Notes: generated by a model from the letters alone, not told the origin. Shown: positions 54,765 through 63,588, counted from the first letter of the stretch. The stretch: 64,000 bases of DNA from Candidatus Moraniibacteriota bacterium (GCA_963778555.1 CAVZUR010000004.1:180151-244150), one strand, 5' to 3'. Numbers and translations: made by a program.

Positions 54765-55850
54765 TTACTTCTTTTTCTCTGTGATCGAATAGATGTTCTT
54801 CCCCACTTTTGTGAAAAAACTGTTGAGATTGATGATGACCGTCGAACGCTTCACTTGGCGGACTTTCATAACTGCTTTCAGGAGCTCTTCGCGCGACATC
54901 GGTGCTTCTTTCTCCTTCAAGATAGATGAAAGCACCTCGCGCACCGTTCCTGGACGATAGCCCCAGTCCGACAAAGCGTATGTGCCCCGACCGACGAGAA
55001 CGAATCGGATATCTTTGATGAGTTCATTATGGACCGTCTGAGGATGAGTCTGCTTGCCATTCTTATACAGCCCGTGCTCGTCGATGAGGCGAGCAATCTC
55101 ACGGAAATGCAGTGGCTTCTTCATCACTTGAAGGATGAGGTGAGCACGTTCACGAGTACCACGCGGGCGCACGGCGCTCCAGTGTGACAAACCGTAGCGG
55201 CCGAAGACGTTCTTCTCGATTTCCGTCGATGGCGCGAGAAAATAATCAAAGGCTTCCTTTTCCATAGTCTGATCGCCGCTCTGCTTCACGTACAGCGCAT
55301 AGAGCTCCTCAAGCGACAGAACAGCGTCAGTCTCTTCGAGCAAATGTACAACAGTGGCAATCACCTTCTCCCAAGAAACCATGGAGAAGCCATCGATGGT
55401 GACAACGCTCTTTCGCTTGGCTGTCTCTTTGCTGATAGACATGCCCGGAAATGAAGACAGAAGCGCAAAGAACGCTTTTTTCTCTGAAACATCTCGGTCG
55501 CTCAATGTTTCCAAAAGGTCGTCAACCGCCACAATGCCGCCTCGCCTCTTAATGGCATCGGTGACACGGTGGATAAGTGAATGTTCCCGCTCACGCGAAA
55601 CAATCTCCTTGATACGAGTCATGATGACGTCGACGATCTGGCGCACACGCTCACGCGTGATGCCATGCACTTGTCCGATCTCCTCGAGAGTCTTCTCTCG
55701 CCCATCCGTGATGCCAAAACGCTCGCGGACGATTACGCCGGAACGATCCGGAAAAGACGCGAGCAGCACGTCCAACAGCTCCCGCATCGAACGAGCGCTT
55801 GACAGGCTGATAGAATCTATAGCTTTCCGTCTCTCGGCCATAAAAAACAC
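54765..55850 (-). CDS. sigma-70 region-4-like HTH DNA-binding protein with winged-helix C-terminal domain
   Basis: 'RERFGITDGREKTLEEIGQVHGITRERVRQI' (region 4.2-type HTH) at the N-terminus. Sigma regions 2 and 3 are absent. Confidence 0.55.
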   Translation of the reverse strand: MFFMAERRKAIDSISLSSARSMRELLDVLLASFPDRSGVIVRERFGITDGREKTLEEIGQVHGITRERVRQIVDVIMTRIKEIVSREREHSLIHRVTDAIKRRGGIVAVDDLLETLSDRDVSEKKAFFALLSSFPGMSISKETAKRKSVVTIDGFSMVSWEKVIATVVHLLEETDAVLSLEELYALYVKQSGDQTMEKEAFDYFLAPSTEIEKNVFGRYGLSHWSAVRPRGTRERAHLILQVMKKPLHFREIARLIDEHGLYKNGKQTHPQTVHNELIKDIRFVLVGRGTYALSDWGYRPGTVREVLSSILKEKEAPMSREELLKAVMKVRQVKRSTVIINLNSFFTKVGKNIYSITEKKK

Positions 55851-55965
55851 CGGGAATTAAGGTTTTTGAGAACGCCTCATATTAACGCATATTACGATAT
55901 TTTGTCAAGAGTCTGGACATAATTTACATCATTTTACTTTCCTTTATCCGAGCCCTTGTTTGCCA

Positions 55966-55988
55966 TTGACAATTCTGTTGTGTATAAT
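55966..55988 (+). promoter_or_regulatory. candidate promoter (TTGACA ... TGTG-TATAAT, short 11-nt spacer)
   Basis: 'ttgaca' 55966-71 and 'tgtgtataat' 55979-88 lie in a 200-bp AT-rich intergenic region upstream of ORF 56048. Confidence 0.3.
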
Positions 55989-56047
55989 TTTAATAGGCAT
56001 CATGAAAAGAAAAGTGAGCCGAAAAATACATATCGAAATACATATCT

Positions 56048-56803
56048 ATGCCCGACGTTTCTACCGAACCGAATTCACAGCCAGTTGCCGACCAGAGTAA
56101 CAAGATTCAGGCCCTCCGAGAAATGGTCTTGAATGCGGAGCGTACTATTCAGGGCGCCAAGGCGATGCTCCTACAGCTGGAGGGCAAGAAAAAAACCGGC
56201 CGGCCCAAGAAGACTGACGATGACGGTCTCGGCACGGTTATCGAGGGTGCTTTTGACGGTCAGATTATGTTCGGCACGGATGGGAAGCAGTATCCGGTTC
56301 CAGCGAACTACGCCTCCAAGTCGAAACTCGTGGAGGGCGATATGTTGAAGCTCACGATCACGCCCGACGGTTCTTTCATTTACAAGCAAATCGGACCGGT
56401 GGATCGGCGTCACGCGATCGGCATCGTCAGCCAGGATGAAAATGGTAACTACCATATCGTCGTTGAAGGTGAGCCATTCCGGGTCCTCCTCGCCTCAATT
56501 ACTTATTTCCGTGCGGAACCCGGTGACGAGGTGGCGGTAATGCTGCCTCGGGACCTCTCGGCCTCCTGGGTGGCAATTGAAAACATCCTCCAGAAAGGGG
56601 CCTTGGGCACACCCGCGCCAGCCGTCAAGAAGCCCAGCGAGCGCCATCTTAGTGCCGACTGGAAGAAAGACCTGGTGACCGAGAAACCCGCAGCAGCGGA
56701 TGGGGTGACGCCAGAGGAAAAATCAGACACTACGGTCTCCCCACTCGATGCGTGGGTTAAAGATATGGAAGCCATAGAAAAGGAAATCGCCGAGGGACGC
56801 TAA
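56048..56803 (+). CDS. hypothetical protein
   Basis: 251-aa ORF after an AT-rich promoter-like region. N-terminal coiled-coil-like segment. No SD. No known motifs. Confidence 0.5.
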   Translation: MPDVSTEPNSQPVADQSNKIQALREMVLNAERTIQGAKAMLLQLEGKKKTGRPKKTDDDGLGTVIEGAFDGQIMFGTDGKQYPVPANYASKSKLVEGDMLKLTITPDGSFIYKQIGPVDRRHAIGIVSQDENGNYHIVVEGEPFRVLLASITYFRAEPGDEVAVMLPRDLSASWVAIENILQKGALGTPAPAVKKPSERHLSADWKKDLVTEKPAAADGVTPEEKSDTTVSPLDAWVKDMEAIEKEIAEGR

Positions 56804-56837
56804 CCGCATTGAAATAATCTCATTAATTTTTACCGCC

Positions 56838-57317
56838 ATGGAAGCAGCTGTTGTGCCGGGTCAAGCGGAACCATTGTTGTCAAGAGACCGGATTGCTCGA
56901 CTCGTGAAGCAGTTCTCGAAATTCGTCATCGTTGGCGGCGTGAACACTGGTATCGATTTCGCTGTTCTCTACGCCCTGGTCACCGTGACTGGCATCACGA
57001 GCGGCATCGAGCTCTTCGTCCTCAATGCCATGTCCTTCTCTGTTGCGGTGGTCAACAGCTACTTCATGAACAAGTTCTGGACTTTCGAAGACAAGACGAA
57101 AACACAACAAGAGCCCTTTAAATTCTCCCAGTTCCTTATTATCAGCGTAATCGGTATCGGCATCAACGGCGGAGTGCTCACGCTCATCACCGGCAGCATC
57201 GCTCCGATGTTCGGCCTCAGTGAGAAGCTGTGGGTTCTCTGCGCTAAACTCTTTGCGACAGGATTCTCGCTCGTCTGGAACTTCATTGGTTACAAGCTTT
57301 TCGTCTTCAAAAAATAA
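56838..57317 (+). CDS. GtrA-family membrane protein (polysaccharide synthesis)
   Basis: 'FSKFVIVGGVNTGIDFAVLYAL' and 'NSYFMNKFWTF' are characteristic GtrA motifs. 4 TM. Confidence 0.65.
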   Translation: MEAAVVPGQAEPLLSRDRIARLVKQFSKFVIVGGVNTGIDFAVLYALVTVTGITSGIELFVLNAMSFSVAVVNSYFMNKFWTFEDKTKTQQEPFKFSQFLIISVIGIGINGGVLTLITGSIAPMFGLSEKLWVLCAKLFATGFSLVWNFIGYKLFVFKK

Positions 57318-57421
57318 TCCGAGCGCTCTGCTCGCCCCGCCCTTCTGGCGGGTTTTTGTTTCGATTTAAGGGAGACGGTATACTAGAAGGCACTATCCTC
57401 CATTCTCTCCATCCCGTCACT

Positions 57422-59041
57422 ATGTCTGAAACCTTCTACCGTAAATACCGCCCCCTCCAATTCAAGGACGTCATCGGCCAAAAGACGGCCGTGACGGTCC
57501 TCACGCAGAGCCTGGTAACCGGGAAACTCGCCCACGCCTACCTCTTTACCGGTCCCCGCGGCACCGGCAAGACGACCCTTGCACGGCTGTTTGCCAAAGC
57601 ACTCAACTGCTCGAATCGAAAAGGTTTCGAACCCTGCGGGCAATGCGTTCACTGCACCGCTATGGCCGAAGGTCGCTCGCTGGATATCATCGAGATCGAT
57701 GCCGCCTCGCACACCGGCGTCGACAATATCCGGGAACTGCGCGAGACGGTGACGTCGGCGCCCGTCCTCGGCAGCCATAAAGTCTATATCATTGACGAGG
57801 CCCATATGCTCTCGATCGGCGCCTGGAACGCGCTCTTGAAGACCATCGAGGAGCCGCCGGCACACGTCGTCTTCATCCTCGCCACGACGAACGCGGCCAA
57901 GGTGCCCGAAACCATTCTCTCCCGGACGCTCCGTCTTGATCTCCGGCGCTTCCCGGTCGAAATGATCGTGTCCAAGCTCGAAAAAATCGCACGAGCCGAA
58001 AAGCTCACTATCGACAAAGATGCGCTCACCCTCATCGCTCGGACTGCTCAAGGTGGGATGCGCGATGCCGAAATACTATTCACGCAGATCGCGACCCTTG
58101 AAGTCTCGCCCATCGATGCTGAGCGCGTCGCGCTCCTCCTCGGGACAACGACCTTGGCTGCCAATCACGCGCTCATTTCCGCCATCGCCGCCCAGGATCT
58201 GCCCGTCGCATTCGAGACTGTCAGCCGACTCCGCGATGCCGGCGCCAACCTCTCGCATTTCACACTATCACTCCTTGAATACTTACGCCGGCTTCTCTTC
58301 GCTGCAGTCGATAAAGCAGCAGCTGAAAAGCTTATCGCTGACCTGACCCAGGAAGAAAAAACTGAACTCCTCGTTCTCGCTGCCAAGCTCGGTGCCGACC
58401 GTATCGTCGAATGCCTTGAGCGTTTCCAGGAAGCCGATCGGCTGATAAAAGTCTCGCCCTTACCCGAACTTCCAATTGAGATTGCGCTCGTAAAGCTCAT
58501 CACGACGGAGACACCAAAGCCCATGGAGAAAACAAAAAGCGATGGTAGCAACAAAGAGACCACCGCCGCACCCAATGCCGCACCGCCTCAGCCGAAAGCT
58601 GCTTTCACCGCGAAGCAATCGGTCGCTACCGGGACGGCGCCAGCTGTCTCGCCTGACGAAGTAAATCTGGTTGCCGAAAAGACCGGCGCGCCAGTCGACC
58701 TGAGCCTAGCGATACGGCAATGGCAGGCCATCATGACGCATGCGCTCCGGCTCAACGCCTCGCTCGGTGTCGCCCTCTCAACCGCCGTCCCCGTCATCAA
58801 GGGCGACAAGCTCACGCTCCAAGTGAAGTACCCGTTCCACAAGGAGCGCCTTGAGCAGAACACGAACCGATTGACTCTCGACCAGGCCTTTGTTACGATT
58901 TTGGGGTTTCGTGCACCTTGGAGCGTCATAACAGAAAAAGACGCTGCCCGAGATACAGACGCCACACCAACCAAGCGTCCCGCCATCATCAATGAAGCGA
59001 TTCAGATGCTCGGCGGCGAGCTCGTTCAGGAGAGTTCCTAG
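57422..59041 (+). CDS. dnaX: DNA polymerase III subunit gamma/tau
   Basis: 'YRKYRPLQFKDVIGQ', 'GPRGTGKTT', zinc module 'CSNRKGFEPCGQCVHC', 'YIIDEAHML', 'SRT'. Confidence 0.85.
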   Translation: MSETFYRKYRPLQFKDVIGQKTAVTVLTQSLVTGKLAHAYLFTGPRGTGKTTLARLFAKALNCSNRKGFEPCGQCVHCTAMAEGRSLDIIEIDAASHTGVDNIRELRETVTSAPVLGSHKVYIIDEAHMLSIGAWNALLKTIEEPPAHVVFILATTNAAKVPETILSRTLRLDLRRFPVEMIVSKLEKIARAEKLTIDKDALTLIARTAQGGMRDAEILFTQIATLEVSPIDAERVALLLGTTTLAANHALISAIAAQDLPVAFETVSRLRDAGANLSHFTLSLLEYLRRLLFAAVDKAAAEKLIADLTQEEKTELLVLAAKLGADRIVECLERFQEADRLIKVSPLPELPIEIALVKLITTETPKPMEKTKSDGSNKETTAAPNAAPPQPKAAFTAKQSVATGTAPAVSPDEVNLVAEKTGAPVDLSLAIRQWQAIMTHALRLNASLGVALSTAVPVIKGDKLTLQVKYPFHKERLEQNTNRLTLDQAFVTILGFRAPWSVITEKDAARDTDATPTKRPAIINEAIQMLGGELVQESS

Positions 59042-59138
59042 TGTGGTTTAGTTGTTAGGGTTTAGTTCGAAAAGGCGGGGTATCTCACTTGGTTCTTCCC
59101 TCTAAGAACTATCTTCTAATCCCGAGTGACCGCATTTA

Positions 59139-59210
59139 TTGGGGAGTAGCCAAGCGGTAAGGCAGGGGCCTTTGAAGCCTCCATGCGATGGTTCGATCCC
59201 ATCCTCCCCA
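59139..59210 (+). tRNA. tRNA-Gln: tRNA-Gln (anticodon UUG)
   Basis: 'TGGGGAGTAGCCAAGCGGTAAGGCAGGGGCCTTTGAAGCCTCC...GGTTCGATCCCATCCTCCCCAG'. U1:A72 acceptor pair. D-arm 'GCCAAGCGGTAAGGC'. Anticodon loop 'CUUUGAA'. T-arm 'GATGG TTCGATC CCATC'. CCA not encoded. Confidence 0.8.
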
Positions 59211-59286
59211 GCTTTCATAAGAAAAATACCCCTTGTGGGTGTTTTTGCTTATGCTAGGATTGGTTGAAGCATTATCAGGCCTCCGC

Positions 59287-60189
59287 ATGAAACACATCAT
59301 CGAGTCGCAGCAATTTGATCAAAAAATAATCAACCAGATTTTCACTCTCGCAGATAAGTTGAAGAAAAGAAAGGATACTTCGCTCAAGGGTAAAATCATG
59401 GCAACCCTGTTCTATGAACCGAGTACCCGGACTCGGTTTTCTTTCGAGTCAGCGATGCTCCGGCTCGGCGGCAGCGTCATCACCACGGAAAACGCCAAAG
59501 AATTCTCGTCTGTTTCCAAAGGCGAGACGTTGGAAGACTCCATCCGGGTCATCAGCCAGTATGTCGATGTCATCGTCTTGCGCCATGACGAAGCCGGGGC
59601 CTCGAAGCGAGCGGCGCTCGTCTCGGATGTTCCGGTCATCAATGCGGGCGATGGCGCCGGCCAACATCCCACGCAGGCCCTGCTGGACTTGTATACGATA
59701 CAAAAGGAGCTCGGGAGAATAGATGACCTGCACGTCGCTTTCGTCGGCGATTTATTGCATGGCCGGACTATCCGCTCACTCGCCTACCTCCTCGGGAAAT
59801 ATTCGAACATTCGAATCAACTTCGTCTCGCCGAAAGCGCTCAGAGTCGGCGCAGACATAAAAAACTATCTCAAAAGGCATGCCGTCACTTTTTCTGAGAC
59901 CGAAGACCTCGATTCAGTCATCGGAAGCGTCGATGTTCTCTATCAAACCCGGATTCAAAAGGAGCGCTTTATAAGTCTGAAGGAATACAACCGCTTCAAA
60001 GGCTGCTATCAAATCGATAATCGATTGGTAAAGAAAATGAAGGCAGAAGCGATCATCATGCATCCCCTGCCACGTGTTGATGAAATTTTACCCGAAGTTG
60101 ACGCATCACCCAAAGCCGTGTATTTCAAGCAAGCCCGCTACGGACTCCTCATCCGTATGGCCCTCTTGAAATACATTTTTGGCGTCTAA
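59287..60189 (+). CDS. pyrB: aspartate carbamoyltransferase catalytic subunit
   Basis: 'FYEPSTRTR', 'HPTQAL', 'HPLPR' are ATCase signatures. Start at MKHII. Confidence 0.9.
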   Translation: MKHIIESQQFDQKIINQIFTLADKLKKRKDTSLKGKIMATLFYEPSTRTRFSFESAMLRLGGSVITTENAKEFSSVSKGETLEDSIRVISQYVDVIVLRHDEAGASKRAALVSDVPVINAGDGAGQHPTQALLDLYTIQKELGRIDDLHVAFVGDLLHGRTIRSLAYLLGKYSNIRINFVSPKALRVGADIKNYLKRHAVTFSETEDLDSVIGSVDVLYQTRIQKERFISLKEYNRFKGCYQIDNRLVKKMKAEAIIMHPLPRVDEILPEVDASPKAVYFKQARYGLLIRMALLKYIFGV

Positions 60190-60193
60190 ATCT

Positions 60194-60511
60194 ATGCCAA
60201 CCTTCAGCGAACGAGTGGTGAAACTAGCACTGTCGATACCGGCCGGACGGGTGACGACGTATGGCCGAATCGCTCGCGCGGCGGGCGGCGGTAATATGGC
60301 ATCCCAGAGCATCACCGCCATCCTGTCTAAAGCCTGGGATAATGGCGCGAAGACTATCCCTTTCCACCGTATCGTCTATGCCGATGGACACATCTGGATC
60401 GATGCCCGCCACCGTGCGGCTCGGATGAAACTCTATAAGAAAGAAGGTATCACGCTGGACACAAGAGATCGCATCACAAATTTCTGCGCTCTACTCTTCG
60501 AATTCAAATAG
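60194..60511 (+). CDS. alkyltransferase-like (ATL) protein: MGMT DNA-binding domain lacking the acceptor cysteine
   Basis: 'VTTYGRIARAAG' HTH and 'IPFHRIV' where MGMT has PCHRV (Cys to Phe). Confidence 0.6.
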   Translation: MPTFSERVVKLALSIPAGRVTTYGRIARAAGGGNMASQSITAILSKAWDNGAKTIPFHRIVYADGHIWIDARHRAARMKLYKKEGITLDTRDRITNFCALLFEFK

Positions 60512-60533
60512 CCCAAAAAGGAATCCAAAGAAA

Positions 60534-60554
60534 AACACCCTCTTTCGGGGTGTT
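60534..60554. terminator. candidate bidirectional terminator between convergent genes
   Basis: Hairpin 'aacaccc tctttcg gggtgtt' with T/A-rich flanks on both strands. Confidence 0.45.
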
Positions 60555-60576
60555 TTCTTGATTCGCAAAATAAGGC

Positions 60577-61401
60577 TTAGTCCTCGTCCTGGTTATTGTG
60601 CTCTGTATCCTGGCTGTTTTCATGATCATCATGTCGGTCATTCTCGTCTTCATCATTGTCGTCATGACGATCCCCCCGTTCGCCATCATGTTCGTCACGG
60701 TCGTCATCGTGGCGGTCATTTCGGTCACCGTCGTTATCATGGTTTCGGTCACCGTCGTGGTCGTCATCGTGTCCCCGGCCACGCTTGTTATGCTCCTTGT
60801 CGCCGTGCTCATCTGAGTCAGCATCGGAATCTTCTGAAATTTCGTCATTCTCCGATTCACACTCTTCCTCGATGTCACTCTCATTTTCAGAGTTCGATTC
60901 ATCTTCATCTACATCCTCAGTCTGATCATCATTGGTCGTCTCTTCATCTTGGCCATCCCCACCATTTCCGGAATTTTCATCCACTGGCTCATTAGCCGGT
61001 TCTTCAGGAGCGACGATTGGATCGGTCACAGCGATTTCCGAACCGTCGACGCCTGACTCATCATCACCATCTTCATCGGGATTGTTCGACGACGCACGAT
61101 GCTCCCGAGTCCCACCGCGCTTCTCTTTCTTGTCATCCGAGTCTGTTCCACCTGAAATGAAAGCCAGAGGAAAGTTTTCGCTATCAAACGCTCCTTCAGC
61201 CGACTGGTCATCATCAGGGAGTGTCCCACCGATAAAGTCATCCCCAGAAACAGTTTCCTCCGCAGCGCCGGGATTCTGGTCCTGATTGCCACCCATGACG
61301 GCATAGGCCAAGAGTAAGGCCAACAAGAGCAATAGGGCCACAAACCACTTTCGCTTATCCTCTTTCTTCATCCCATTCCACTGCTCGGTGACGCTTGCCA
61401 T
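60577..61401 (-). CDS. membrane-anchored, extremely acidic D/E/H/N-rich low-complexity protein
   Basis: TM 'WFVALLLLLALLLAYAVM'. Then ~240 aa dominated by D/E, with C-terminal 'HDDDHDGDRNHDNDGDRNDRHDDDRDEHDGERGDRHDD' repeats. Confidence 0.5.
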   Translation of the reverse strand: MASVTEQWNGMKKEDKRKWFVALLLLLALLLAYAVMGGNQDQNPGAAEETVSGDDFIGGTLPDDDQSAEGAFDSENFPLAFISGGTDSDDKKEKRGGTREHRASSNNPDEDGDDESGVDGSEIAVTDPIVAPEEPANEPVDENSGNGGDGQDEETTNDDQTEDVDEDESNSENESDIEEECESENDEISEDSDADSDEHGDKEHNKRGRGHDDDHDGDRNHDNDGDRNDRHDDDRDEHDGERGDRHDDNDEDENDRHDDHENSQDTEHNNQDED

Positions 61402-61445
61402 AAAGTTGCTGGTTACGGCTTATTCGAAGTGAAGAGGCACACTAG

Positions 61446-61474
61446 GAAAAAACGGGGGGTTTGTCAAGCCCCGT
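61446..61474 (-). terminator. Rho-independent terminator on minus strand (acgggg-loop-ccccgt + U6)
   Basis: Minus-strand reading is 'acggggcttgacaaaccccccgtttttt'. Confidence 0.6.
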
Positions 61475-62040
61475 CCGCTGATTTCTGAATGGAGGCAAAA
61501 AAAAGCCGCGTCAATCGACACGACAACCTGTTTTTGGACTGATGCCTAGACGCCGAGCCAAGTCCCGAAAGGTTGGATGCTCAGTACGATTCCAATGGCC
61601 ACTCTTGTACTCTATCTTGAGTTCCGCCAGAAATTTTACCTTCAAAGCGACGGCTACTTCCCAAACCCGCATCTCTCGATGGAGACTTCGAACACTGAGC
61701 GAGCGCTGGACCGAGCGCCGACCATACGAGACGAGGTGGACTTGGCAATCGCGCCAGCTTACTCCGGCATCGACAACGTGTTTTACCACCCAAAGCTGAT
61801 CAGTGGCTCGCTCCACCCAGACTTGTTTGGGTATGGGAAACACTTCTTTTCTTTGACTCACGTCAGTTTCCGAGTGACCTTTAGGTCGCTCCCCTTTGAG
61901 CCGCCATAAGCGATACGGCGACGATTTCCCAGGCTTACTTTTCATGGATTCACCTCGGTTGGTAAGTGACAGTGTTCACGTTATACCGTCAATCATCCAC
62001 TTCGTCAATCGAAGCACGACACTGTGCTATCCTGAAATAT

Positions 62041-62709
62041 ATGGAGAAAAAAGCCATCATCTTCGATCTCGACGGCACGCTCGTCGATGTTCTTCCGCTC
62101 TTCATCCAGATCTTCAACCGCTTAGCGGCCGATTTCAATTACGCGCCCATTGGACCCGAGGAGGTGCCGGCGATACGGAAAATCAACCTGAAGAAGTTCC
62201 TCTTTTCGAAGCTCGGACTCCGGTTCTGGCGCTACGGCGAATTCCTCCGGAAAAGCCAAGCGGATTATCTCGAACATGTCGCAGAGATCGAGTTCTTTCC
62301 CGGCATGCCCGCACTCTTCCGTACCCTGAAAGACTTGGGCTATGCTGTCGGCGTCATTTCCTCCAATACCGAACCGGCTATCACCGCGCTCCTCGCGAAA
62401 CATGCGCTCGTCGCCGACTTCATCGCCTCCACCACGCTCCTCGGCAAAGCCCGGACGATAAAAAAAACGCTGGCCCAGGTGGGCCTGAATCATGAGTTCA
62501 CCCTGTACGTCGGTGATGAGCTCCGCGATATCGTGGCCTGCCAGAAAGCCGGTATCCCAATCATCGCCGTCGGTTGGGGTTTGAATGACCGCACCGCACT
62601 CGCCGCGACCGGCGTTCCTGTAGTCGATACGCCCGCCGAGCTTGAGGCAAAGCTCCTTGAACACCTGCCGCTAGCTGTCCCCGCGCCCCCCGGCCGCCTG
62701 AAGACATGA
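62041..62709 (+). CDS. HAD-superfamily hydrolase (phosphoglycolate phosphatase-like, subfamily IA)
   Basis: 'AIIFDLDGTLVD' motif I, 'VISSNT' motif II, 'YVGDELRD' motif IV. Start at MEKKAII. Confidence 0.75.
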   Translation: MEKKAIIFDLDGTLVDVLPLFIQIFNRLAADFNYAPIGPEEVPAIRKINLKKFLFSKLGLRFWRYGEFLRKSQADYLEHVAEIEFFPGMPALFRTLKDLGYAVGVISSNTEPAITALLAKHALVADFIASTTLLGKARTIKKTLAQVGLNHEFTLYVGDELRDIVACQKAGIPIIAVGWGLNDRTALAATGVPVVDTPAELEAKLLEHLPLAVPAPPGRLKT

Positions 62710-62890
62710 GAAGTCGTCTGGCGATCAAAGAGTAAAGAGGCATCGGCCTAGCTTTTGGAGACAGGGCTCATTCCGGTAATATTGGAGGGGTGTACTTTCC
62801 CTAGAAGACGTGCTATACTAGTTTCATAGAATAACGAGGAACGTAGTCGAATTCCGGTGTTCTAGGCTAATGAACCATAGAAGCAGCATC

Positions 62891-63088
62891 ATGACTGGTA
62901 CAATCAAGACGCTCACCGATCGGGGTTTCGGCTTCATCTCGCGCGAAGGCGAGACGAAGGACCTGTTCTTCCACTCGAAGGACCTCTCCGGCGTGACGTA
63001 TGATGAGCTCAAAGTTGGCGACACTGTCAGCTTTGAAGTCGTCGAGGGCGAAAAAGGCCCAGCGGCGGTCAATGTGACCCGCGTCTAA
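62891..63088 (+). CDS. csp: cold-shock protein (CspA family)
   Basis: 'GTIKTLTDRGFGFISREGETKDLFFH' is an RNP1-like motif (CSD signature). 66 aa. Confidence 0.85.
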   Translation: MTGTIKTLTDRGFGFISREGETKDLFFHSKDLSGVTYDELKVGDTVSFEVVEGEKGPAAVNVTRV

Positions 63089-63107
63089 TACACGCTCCGC
63101 AAAACAA

Positions 63108-63130
63108 AACCGCCCTTTACGGGGCGGTTT
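63108..63130 (+). terminator. Rho-independent terminator after csp
   Basis: 'aaaccgccc tttac ggggcggttttgtt' is a GC stem followed by a T-run. Confidence 0.7.
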
Positions 63131-63239
63131 TGTTATCTGCTTTTCGACATATTTTCCTACTGCAGCGAGAAAATTCACTTTCTAAAAAAGATGCGACGCT
63201 GTCATTGAGACGCGCGTCGCGGGGCCAAATGGATGGCCA

Positions 63240-63503
63240 CTAGCAGAGCAAAGGCTTCGAAAATAACTGCTGCTGATCCCAGCAGAACGTGAACCAGGCC
63301 AAGGCATAGTCACGCACGACGTCTTCAGCCAAACGAAACGTTGCTTCGGCTGGACTGAAAAAGTAGCCCTCAAAGACCGGCATGGGCAGGAACAGCTGCA
63401 GAATGGGTGCTTTCGGCAGCATCCAATCAGCCGTCACCAGCTCGAATCGCTGCCGCAGCCTCTCTGGACGGCGTGCTTCATGTATGGAATGTACAGTGCC
63501 CAT
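63240..63503 (-). CDS. hypothetical protein
   Basis: 87-aa ORF downstream of the NuoD-like gene. No motifs. Confidence 0.3.
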   Translation of the reverse strand: MGTVHSIHEARRPERLRQRFELVTADWMLPKAPILQLFLPMPVFEGYFFSPAEATFRLAEDVVRDYALAWFTFCWDQQQLFSKPLLC

Positions 63504-63588
63504 GGCGATACCCTCCTTTCAGGGTGGTGCAGGCACTTCCAGTCTAGCGCTTTTCAGTACGAACGGAAGGATACTTGTCAAATATCCA

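Noticed and set aside
61441-61960. tmRNA (ssrA) call based on 'aaaaagccgc' and 'gctgatttctg' similarity
   Set aside because: I could not build the acceptor stem (5' GGGG ... 3' CCACCA-compatible) or the T-arm. No tag ORF ends in a typical (A)LAA. It is downgraded to an unclassified candidate ncRNA region in the findings.
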